Assembly: GCA_044892525.1 (NCBI GenBank)
Contig: CM097885.1
Coordinates: 14,572,001 to 14,636,000, forward strand
Direction: 5' to 3'
Source of the DNA: Schmidtea polychroa
Taxonomy: Eukaryota
Length of the DNA stretch: 64,000 bases
The position numbers and the translations under genes are program-made. This document shows, in pieces, positions 54,173 to 64,000 of this stretch (the first letter of the stretch is position 1; each line of letters starts with the position of its first letter). The notes beneath the pieces are model-generated. The model was not told the origin of the DNA, did not search any database, and saw only the letters and a program-made list of their open reading frames with translations.

Positions 54173-54707
54173 ATGTTTCTAAAAGCAAGGGTGAAAAATA
54201 TTAGGAAATTAAGAAAAAGTATTAAAAAGAGTATTAAAGTTCCAAAAGTTCCACCAACAACTAGTTATACACCATCTAAAAAACTTGTTACTGAAGGTTT
54301 CTCTGCAATGAATCTTATTTCGAAAAATCCTAAACCTAAACGTAAAACCCGTAAAACCCGTAAAACCCGTAAAAAAGTAGTTAAAAATCATCGTAGTTTT
54401 CCATTTTTTTAATGCATTGTTAAAGGTCCCGAGTATGAAAAGAATGAATATATTGCAATCATTACCAAATTTTGTTGTCGATGATTTACTCAATATTATA
54501 CTTAAAGTAGTCAAAGGCAAGAAATAAAATCAGTAAATCAAAAATGCATTTATTGAGCAAACATAGGAAACCTTTGTTATCATTAGTAAATAATAAAAAT
54601 CGTAAGCAAATGAGGAAAATTATATATAAAAAACAAGGTGGATTTATTGGTGCATTGATACCTCTGGCATTATCATTATTAGGTGGAGTTGTAGGAAATC
54701 AATCATA
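54173..54707 (+). pseudogene. Small basic Polinton virion-type protein ending in QGGF plus an amphipathic helix, frameshifted
   Basis: Lys/Arg-rich N-terminus, then NILQSLPNFVVDDLLNIIL...KKQGGFIGALIPLALSLLGG. This resembles small ORFs found between ATPase and integrase in animal Polintons (recalled). Confidence 0.6.
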
Positions 54708-54769
54708 AACAATGTATGCTAATCCTTCATTGCCCGACATTAAATTTAATTTTAAATCTTCTTGCTGTA

Positions 54770-55230
54770 ATGGAGAAGATTTGGACGAACTCAGAAGACG
54801 AAGCCGGTTTCGGTGGAGTGGCAAAATTAACGAAAAGAGTTCCGAATTCGAAAAAAGAAACCCAGAAGTGGTTATCAGATCAGCTTGCGTACAGTTTGAA
54901 CAAATCAATACGGAAAAGATTTCCAACAAGAGCATATAAGACATTTGGTATTGATGATTTATGGCAAATGGATTTGATGTAGATGATACGGTATTCGAAA
55001 ATTAACAATGGTAATAAATATATTTTAACATGTTTTAATGTATTCAGCAGGTTTGCACGAGCAATACCAGTCAAGGCAAAATCTGCAAATGAAATGTCCA
55101 AGGCAATTAATATTTTATTTAAAGATGGACATCCTAATAACTTGCAAACTGATTTGGGTATTATTATTATTATTATTAATATTATTATTATTTTAGGTAA
55201 AGAATTCTACAATAACAAAGTTAAGCAAAT
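54770..55230 (+). pseudogene. Polinton retroviral-like (rve) integrase, N-terminal half, with a stop at 54980 and predicted intron 55158-55196
   Basis: AGFGGVAKL, WLSDQLAYSLNK, LWQMDL, YILTCFNVFSRFARAIP and LQTDLG|KEFYN. The third catalytic residue region is missing. Confidence 0.88.
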
Positions 55231-55311
55231 TATTATTATTACTATTATTACTATTTCTATTACTATTATTATTTCTATTTCTATTATTTCGATTTACAAA
55301 AACAAAACAAT

Positions 55312-55687
55312 TCAACATAAAAATTTATTTTGATACAATCTGACTCGATTTCTCAGAGTCTTCACCAAACACCATTCAACACATTGTTGATAACGGAAAT
55401 TGCAGCAGCTACATCCGAAAATGCAAGGATCCTCTGGTTTCATTTCTTTCATCACCCTTCCTATCTTGATATCCCATAGAAAGGTGTTTATTATATCGAA
55501 TACCCAGATTCGTGTTTGGTTGTATACCAAATCCGGAATGATATCTGGATCTCTATCTTGTAGAATTTCATTTAATTCTGGATAATAGAAGCATAATCTT
55601 TGCGGGATAATTGCCCATGAAATTGAGGCTGTCGACTATATTCGCGGTGACAATTCCGTTTAGAACATTTTCAATAAATTGAGACAT
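55312..55687 (-). pseudogene. Cys-cluster (CxxGCSCC) hypothetical protein, paralogue 2
   Basis: RLCFYYPELNEILQDRDPDIIPDL...FLWDIKI...CIFGCSCCNFRYQQCVEWCLVKTLR; the 5' part is frameshifted. Confidence 0.7.
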
Positions 55688-55847
55688 TTCTACAATAATT
55701 TTTAATATACTGCTTTATTTATATTACTACTACTGATATATCATATGATCTGATTGGTTGATAGATTATAAAAAAAAAAATATGAGTTCTGATTTGATAC
55801 AACATGAATACAATATTTCTATCGGTATAATGAGTGTGTACTAAAAC

Positions 55848-55969
<122 letters not shown>

Positions 55970-56061
55970 TCATTGTGAACAGTACCCTTGTGACCATTAC
56001 CCATAGGAGGACAAAATATTTTGTCGGATAGACTAGGAGTATATATAATAATAATAATTAT

Positions 56062-56097
<36 letters not shown>

Positions 56098-56463
56098 AAT
56101 TATTATTATTATAATAATTATAATAATAATGATAATAATATTGATTAAAACTTTGAAAATAACAACTTCCGCGCAGACGTTAATATCTTTCCCAATAATA
56201 ATAATGATAATAATATTTATATATCAGTAGATGGATCTTGCACTGGGCTTTAAATGAGCTATCGACTAATAAATTCAGATGATGGAAACACTAACTTGTT
56301 GCATGACCAAAACCATGTCACCGCTGGATCACTAATAATATTTTGAATAATAATAATAATTTTTTGATGAGTCATTGTCTTTGTTCTAAAAAAATCCCCC
56401 CGGGGCGTAGGGGGTATGTGATCTAGCGGTGACACTACCATCTACTACTGGGAAGTTGCTCTT

Positions 56464-57351
56464 TTGGATTTTACATTTGTATACAATTTATTCCCAATCT
56501 ATAGCAAATCAGTTATTGAATATAATAAGAAAGTAGCAGTAACAGAATATATTAGTGTTCTTATAGATGAAGATAATTATAACTTAACGAGTTCATCGAA
56601 ATCAAGGAAACCCATAATTTATGATGATGGTCAATATTTATACGTGAATTGCTTGAATAAGCCATTCGGATTTTTAATTTCTACGACGGTTGATGCTAAA
56701 CGTCTTGGATTTACTGATTTACGTAATGTATTTAATGATACAGTCCATATAAATCTCGCCACACTTCCCAAAACTAATAATTTAGTGGAATTCAAATTTA
56801 TACTGTCATACTTTGAAATAACTGAGCATGCATATACTTTTAAAGATAATTTATATATTACAGAACTCGAACAATTACAAACTTATTTAGCTGACAATTG
56901 TAGCGATATTTTAACAGTTTTCAAGCTTCAAAAAGATAAAGTATTTAGATTTAGTATAAATTCTAATCTTAGTCTAGTTAAATTTGACTCAAATTTGACA
57001 AAAAATTAGGATTGTCTAAACCAATATGTACCAAAATGAACAAATTTGTGAAGGAACAAAAAAATCGAAAATCCTTAAACATCATCAGCAAATGTTCATT
57101 TACAGTAATATCGTGGAACCAGTTATTGTTGGCGATTCTAGTGTTCCTTTAATGAAATCTACATGGATTGAAAACATGATCATGATGAAGTTGTACAAAT
57201 CAATGTAGAAAATCCCATGTATTTACCTGTTTCAACATCTTGTATAAACAATATAGAACTAAATATAAGAGATGATTCTGGTCAATTAATCGAATTTCCA
57301 AATGGTTCAAAAAATCATTTGACATTATATTTTCGTAAAATAAATGCCTAA
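56464..57351 (+). pseudogene. Polinton minor capsid (penton-like) protein, frameshifted
   Basis: C-terminal signature FIYSNIVEPVIVGDSSVPLM...NPMYLPV...IELNIRDDSGQLIEF...LTLYFRK, typical of Maverick minor capsid proteins. Confidence 0.8.
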
Positions 57352-57678
57352 TTCTGATATTATTAGTATGTATAGTGGTAGCCAATCTGGTGGTGAATTA
57401 CCATATTTTAATGGTAAACAATACCGATCAGGATGGTTGAGAACAATTGATAGATTTGCCCTGCCTATTCTTAACATATTGGTAGTTTTGGTATGAAAAC
57501 TGCAAAAGATGTTATTATGAATAAACAGAAAATATTACCATCTCTAAAATCAAATGCTTTAGCTGAATTAGGGAAAGTTTTACCAGGGGTTGCGGGTATA
57601 TTTCAAAAAGAAAAACCTCCAGCTCCAGCTCCAGCTCATGCTCCAAAACGTAAAAGACATGGAATATCACGAAAATAA
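57344..57678 (+). pseudogene. Small basic core-like Polinton protein (QSGG motif), frameshifted
   Basis: MPNSDIISMYSGSQSGGELPYFNGKQYRSGWLRTIDRFALPIL...KTAKDVI...PKRKRH; overlaps the stop of the minor capsid gene. Confidence 0.6.
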
Positions 57679-59169
57679 TAATATTTTGAAAAATAATAAT
57701 ATGACCTTGAAAATTATAATATTTTGAAAAATAATAATATGACCTTGAAAATAATATTATTTTGAAAAATAATAATATGACCTTGAAAAAAAAATAATAT
57801 CAGCTTGATAAAATAAAATAATCGAATGCGAGTTGGTGAGCGTGAGCAGTACCCTTACGACAAATACCCATAGGGGGACAGAATATTTTGTCGGATAAAC
57901 TCGGAGTATATATAACTGACCTTGATGAGTTATGGTCTTTGTTTAAATTACCTTGAAAAATTTCGGCCTTGGTGAGTCATATGGCCTTGAGGATGACCTT
58001 GGTGAGTCATCGGATGAGTCACGGTCTTTGTTTCAATGACCTTGATGAGTCATATGTCTTTGTTTAAAATTTGACCTTGAAAAAATTTTTTTTTAATTTC
58101 TACCGGGGGGACGGGGTGGGTGTGCTTGCGGTACCTTGCGCCAGCGGTGCCAAATCCATCTATTTTCTTGCCTTTCGCAATTGCTTTTGGTATTTTTTAA
58201 TACTGCTTCCATCATACTTTCCTTTACTATCAATTCTGTGCATGATCACGCTTCTATTTTCCTTTTTTCTTCACTTACTTTTTATTTAAAATATCAACCT
58301 AAATTTCATTTAAATTTATTTTAATTTACAGACCTCAACAGATTTAATTGTGCAGAAATTTTAATCGCTTTTCATTTTTTAAAAGTTTTGATTGAGAATT
58401 ATTTTTGGTATCTTTAAAAACCTGAATAATAGTTGCTAATTTTAATTTATCTGCTTCAATAATAAATCTTTAATGAAGAGCAATTATACCTAATTTTAAA
58501 TTCCATCTATAAATTGCACTACTGAACATTGCATCAGACGTCACCATATATGAGAAAAAAATCTTGAAAATGTGTTAATAGCTAATATTTAATTATTTAA
58601 AATGTTTACATGCTCATTCCAAATAATTTCTGTTTTTTATATAAAAAAATTTTTTTGCAAAATTGAACATTTTTCAAAAATTACATTGTTTTTTTCTAAA
58701 AATTTACACATTACGGTCATTGTAATAGAAGCACTAATTAAAATTTCACTGCCACTTTTTTTCAAAAATTTATTAAAAATTTCATAAATTTGTTTTTTGG
58801 TCAACAGCGGTACTATTTTTAATTTTTCAAAATGTTTTTGAACAATATCAGTTAAGATTTCAAAAATACCATAAATGAAGCTCAAATGAATTATTCATAA
58901 GTCCGAAGCCCTATTAAATGTCCTGGGCAAAAAAATAGCAAATAATAGCAAAACCGGCCATATAAAAATGCACTATACAAACAATTATATCATATATACA
59001 TATGAAATATATATATTATATAATACATTACAAATATCATTAAATACAAATTTTTAATTCGTTAATTTTAATAATGAATAAACTATTTACTTTCAAAAAT
59101 AATATTTTATTTTGTTGGTCTCTCAAAATTTTGTTTTAATAATATCATTTAATGATATGCTTATAATTA

Positions 59170-59856
59170 ATGAGACTTAGAAATAAAATAGAAAAATTAT
59201 CTGAATCATTATTAAATAATAGTCAAGTGGAGGTATTAGAAAATGTTATTGAAGCAGGTAAATTAAAATTAGCGACTATACTGGTTTCTAAACATACAAA
59301 AAATGATTCTCAATCAAAACTTTTGAAAAATGAAAAGCGATCAAAATCTGCGCTAAGTGGCCCTATTAAATCCGTTAAAACAAAGGTTGGTGGAAAGAAA
59401 TCAAAAGTTACTCCAAAGACAGAAATTAATAATAAGTCAATTGTTTTTATGACTATTCCAAAGAAATCGGTTAAAAAATGTTATAAGAAAAAAATTCAAG
59501 TAAATTTAGATAAGTCTCTAATATCATCGAGTAAAGGCGTTTCGGTTAATTCCAATGGCCCTCAAAAGTCTGATAATTTCCTATCTGCTCGAATTCCTAA
59601 TACTGCGCAAAAATTTAAAACTCCAAATAATATTAAAGTAAAAAGAAAAAAAGCTAAATCTCCAATATGCACTTCTTCGCCAATTTTTCACAATCCGACA
59701 AATAATAGTTCAGTGGAATCTCAATTCGACATGTTTTCATCTCAAATAATATCATCGTCTGAAAATTTGAAGTCTTTAAAATCTAATTTAACTTCAAAAA
59801 ATTCTTTACTTTCAGCAATTACAAATAATAACTCAAAAGAAACAAGAAAAGATTGA
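59170..59856 (+). CDS. Lys/Ser-rich hypothetical ORF (228 aa), possibly a retroelement N-terminal remnant
   Basis: An ATG-initiated 228-codon ORF is long for this base composition; no recognisable motif. Confidence 0.35.
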   Translation: MRLRNKIEKLSESLLNNSQVEVLENVIEAGKLKLATILVSKHTKNDSQSKLLKNEKRSKSALSGPIKSVKTKVGGKKSKVTPKTEINNKSIVFMTIPKKSVKKCYKKKIQVNLDKSLISSSKGVSVNSNGPQKSDNFLSARIPNTAQKFKTPNNIKVKRKKAKSPICTSSPIFHNPTNNSSVESQFDMFSSQIISSSENLKSLKSNLTSKNSLLSAITNNNSKETRKD

Positions 59857-61547
59857 AAAGAATCAAATAATTCCCAAGGTTCATCAAATAGATGAGAGAC
59901 AGATATGAAAATAGAAAATTATCAGATATCAAAAAAACGTAAAAGTTGAAGTTGAGAGATAATATTTATTTTACACAAAGAGTGGCTGTTTTGTTTGAGT
60001 TTATTTCATGTGATACTTCTTGCTTTTGTATCATTATTATTTACGTTTGAGTTTATTATTTGATGTTATGATCATTCTGTTAAATTGTTTAGCTGGTGTT
60101 TGGATGGGTTTGAGTTTGATTCTACTTGGTGTTATGTAAGACCAATAATAAATAAAAACCAGAAACTAAAATTATTCAAAAATCAGAAAGAAATCAATAA
60201 ATTAAAGAGATTCGAAAATATCCATATTATAAGGAGTAGAATTTCAATTATATTCATCCAAAATTGAGAAGAAAAACCTAAATGCGAAAGCTTAGGGATA
60301 ATATTCATATTATACAAATATCTGCATCTAGAGGCATCTATTGGGATTTTTAAATAAATCTTATTACATTTGGTTAATTATTACTTCAGCGATAAATATC
60401 TGACTACAGATGAAAACCTTGCTGCTTAAATGGATGATTAAGGTATTGCACCTTTGAATGCATTGGCTAAGTTTCCTTTACTCCATCAAGTTGATACAAC
60501 TGTAGAAGATTCAATAAAAGAATTCTAGTGTAATAATTTCGTTCTCTGGAAGGATTTGACAATCTCATATTGAACAGTTCATTTTTTTAATATTTTTTAT
60601 TAAAAATATTTTTAAAATTATTTATTTTAATATAATTTTTTTTTATAATTATTAATAAATTTATTTTATTGTTTATAAAATTTTGAATTATTATTTTTAC
60701 GATTTTTTATATATTTTTTGCTGAAATGGCTTCAAGATTAATATATGTGAATCCCATTCTACCAAATGTATTATATCCATTTAACTATCCAATGCAAGGG
60801 TCATTTAATCCTATTGAATTTTGGGCATATATTCCATTGTAATTTTAGTTAATTCTTTTTTTCCTTTATGAATTTCAACGTAGTTAATTGTAATTTTGTT
60901 TTTTTGGACGTTAGGGGTACGAACTCTTAAGGGCCTAAAACTCATAATAATCATGGTTACCTAGAGTTAGAGTGGTTTGTTTTGGAAAAAGATAAAAAAG
61001 CTGAAACCCCTCTAACAAATCTATTTACCATAATTTAACAAATATGATAACAAAAAACCAAAATCGGCTCACTATTCAAATTGCATAAACAATAGTTCAA
61101 AAATCAAAATTATTCGGTTATTGGTTTTCAGAATAACTTAGAACAGCTCGATTGGATTAAATGGTAACTGAATTGCATCTATATAATAATCCTAATTTTG
61201 GTATGCGAGTATCTGTGCGTGCTTTGATTCAGTAAAACAAATTGAACAGTTCATTTTTTAAATATTTTTATAATTATTAATAAATCTTTTTTATTGTTTA
61301 TAAATTTTTGAATTATTACCTTTACGTTTTTTTATATTTTATTGGCTGAAATAGCTTCCAGATTAAGATACGCGAATCTCATTCTATCAAATATATTATT
61401 TCCATTTAACTATCCAATGCAAGGGTTATTTAATCCTATTGAATATTATTCTAATTAGCAATTTTTGATAGATTATTTAGTGATATTGTTTATGGAGTTG
61501 ATTAACGACTTTTAGAAATGCTGGGCATTTTCACCATATTATTATTA

Positions 61548-62584
61548 TGTTGAGGATACCTAAATAACAATTTATAAAGAAATAAATAAAATTACCTGGT
61601 GGAAGATCGCCATGACAAACGGACGATCTATTGGAACTCAGAAAAGAAAACGGAAGTAAAAAGAAATTAAAAATGAGAAAGATAAAGGAAATAAAAGGAA
61701 TCAAACAGGAAAATGAAAACCAAGGTTAGTACTAATTAATTAGTACAAAAAGGAAAAAGAATTTTGAAATCAGGGATAAAGGAAAACAACAATATCCTTA
61801 TCTCGACAGCTTGCCAGTGATAACAGAATTGATGGTAGAAGGCGGTCAAACAAAAAAGGGAAAATAACTTGACAGCTGTCAGAGATAAAAATGGGACAGT
61901 CGGGGAAAGCAGGAGAAGGAAAATGGAGAAACTCTTGATTATCTGGAGTGCCACAAAAAAGTGAACTATATAAGAGAAAACTGATGGACATGAAATTAGA
62001 ACAAAATTAGAGAATAAAATTCGAGAGCAAATTTAGAGACAGAATTAGAGACAAGAAGTGACGCGAAATTGAGACAATTTGGAAGACGATTTGAGAGACG
62101 ATTTGAGAGATAAAATTATTGGAGAAAATAAGAAAACGTTGGACGAAACGTTGTTGGATAAAAAAAAATAATTGTAAAGAAAATAATTGTGGAGAATAAT
62201 TATTGGAGAAGAGTTGAAGAAAAGAATTAATTGAAAAATTAAAACGAAAGAAGTTATTTGATTATTTGAATAAAGCTATGAAAAAAAGTCAAAGAAAACA
62301 ACCAACTCAAATCCCAGTTTATAAACCAATCAGTAATTAATCTTTTAATCCGGTGCTACACAAAGTAGATACACAAATACACAAGTGCTATTCCTCAACG
62401 GGTGTTGTAATAAGCATTGTACAGTCACCAAGCAGAGTGTTGAATTAATTGCCAGTGTAAAGAGAAAAATTATTTGTGATTATCAATAAGGATTTCTGTT
62501 GTCAAGTGTTATTTGTGAATCGTCTAAAGACACGCTTGGAGTAAGAGTAACAAATAAAGTTATAACCAACTCAATTACCCAACA
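61548..62584 (+). mobile_element. Solo LTR (1037 bp)
   Basis: TGTTG...CAACA ends with 4-bp TSD ATTA. Absent from the homologous site at about 41290 in the other arm. Confidence 0.85.
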
Positions 62585-62923
62585 ATTATTTCAATTTTCA
62601 TTTATTGCAATCAATATTTTTATAATTTTATATTTATTGTTTCAAATTAATAAAAATCAAATATAAATTTAAAAGATGATTAATTTAGCAACTGTAAATC
62701 ATTGGAATATAGCACACTGATAGAGCTAATTATTATTATTTATTATTAATTATTATAATTATTATAATTATTATTAATATTATTATTTATATTATTATTA
62801 TTACAATTTAACATATTTTAATTATTATTATTATCATCTAATTATTATTTATTATTATTTATTAATATTATTATTTATTATAATTATTTTTATTACTATT
62901 ATTTATATTATTATTATTTATCA

Positions 62924-62969
<46 letters not shown>

Positions 62970-62970
62970 T

Positions 62971-63039
<69 letters not shown>

Positions 63040-63706
63040 ATTAATATTATTAATATTATTTCTTCTTAACAATTTTTATTTATTGCTATCAATATTTTTA
63101 TAATTTTATATTTATTGTTTTTCAATTTATTATCAATCCGTGTTTTTATTATTTCTATTGTGACATTTTTGTAATTATTATTATTAGTTTCAATTATATT
63201 TTGTGGCTTGTTTACCAGCGAAAAAGAATAGAAATGGCTCACAAATCCTTACTGAGCAAGCAAATTTCTCAATAATTCCAACTAACGTGAAATGCATGCT
63301 TCTAATTAATAGAAATCAAATATAAATTAAAAATGATTAATTTAGCAACTGTAAATCATTGGAATATAGCACACTGATAGAGCTACCAATTTGTCCAATG
63401 AAATTAAATGGCCTTGTAAACAACTAATGAAAACCTAGTTCGCAATAATGACAGGCGAATTAGCGTTTAGATTGACCACCAATCTTGCTGTGGTCTTGTG
63501 GAACTGATTAAACATTCATGTCGAATATAAATGCAAAATGAATATTAACTATTAAGAATTCAGATAATAATTTATAACATGTATATTTAATAAATATAAT
63601 TAATTCACAAACTGAGCTATTTAATTTTTATCAAATAAATTATTTCCAATTTAAACAAAATTGAATAATATTAGTTTTTAAATTTAAATAATTAAAAAGA
63701 ACTCAC

Positions 63707-63960
63707 TAATTGAATGGCTAACATCAATACTGTTTTTAACGAGAATTGCCTATTGCAATGATCAAACAAATCCTCCAAAGACGTACCCGGTAATTCTAAA
63801 ACTAAGGCATTGTATCGACCGCATGGTCCAAAGTAAGACGTTTGGAAAACCGTTTATCGGAGAACCTAAAATTTGTTAAAAATATTAATCACAACCATAA
63901 TATAATAAATGAAATAGTAACTGTTAGAATTGAGCATTCTATAAAATCTGTATTCTAAAT
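63707..63960 (-). pseudogene. Truncated CK1-gamma duplicate (part of exon 2 and exon 3)
   Basis: Exon 3 copy 63707-63865 has a 2-bp deletion and LLGPSLED>LPGTSLED changes. Homology stops abruptly at 63960. Confidence 0.88.
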
Positions 63961-64000
63961 AAGTCACTCAACCATGGTAACCAGGTAAAGGTCACGTGAC

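Larger units (their letters stand above)
60931..63960 (-). repeat. Right arm of the inverted duplication of 39754-41796, interrupted by a solo LTR
   Basis: Reverse-complement similarity; the arm includes CK1 exon fragments and intron sequence. Confidence 0.88.

Noticed and set aside
53338..54982. Alternative genetic code or readthrough (TGA in the TBP-like and ATPase genes)
   Set aside because: Neighbouring genes of the same element carry TAG and TAA stops and frameshifts, so ordinary decay explains them.
58330..58890. Possible decayed coding sequence on the minus strand
   Set aside because: Only short ORFs with no recognisable motif; cannot be supported.

Overview
Very AT-rich, transposon-dense eukaryotic (metazoan) genomic DNA with short GT-AG introns of about 40-60 nt. 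Base composition and intron size would fit a planarian-like invertebrate (inference only). Host genes are a multi-exon Nup205 on the minus strand (about 2.3-14.9 kb) and the first three exons of a casein kinase 1 gamma (39.5-40.0 kb), which has a decayed inverted partial duplicate at the window end. The centrepiece is element A, a 15.9-kb Polinton/Maverick-type insertion (16190-32110; AGTAGGTAG...CTACCTACT ends; 6-bp TSD TATTAT). It is a giant palindrome: two near-identical 6.2-kb arms each carry only a protein-primed PolB gene. That gene has three predicted spliceosomal introns and a +1 frameshift shared by both arms, and the spacer holds an internal double-terminus hairpin. Element B, a second Polinton-like insertion of 7.2 kb (50955-58164; TSD TTCTTG), carries the complementary but decayed cargo: packaging ATPase, integrase, minor capsid, small virion-type proteins, a TBP-like gene and two Cys-cluster paralogues, with no PolB. 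Also present are gypsy pol and gag/PBS/LTR remnants, a solo LTR, an RLE-clade non-LTR retrotransposon, three hAT MITEs, a TGT...ACA element inside a (TA)n tract, a nine-copy tandem array of RPS14 pseudogenes and many microsatellites.
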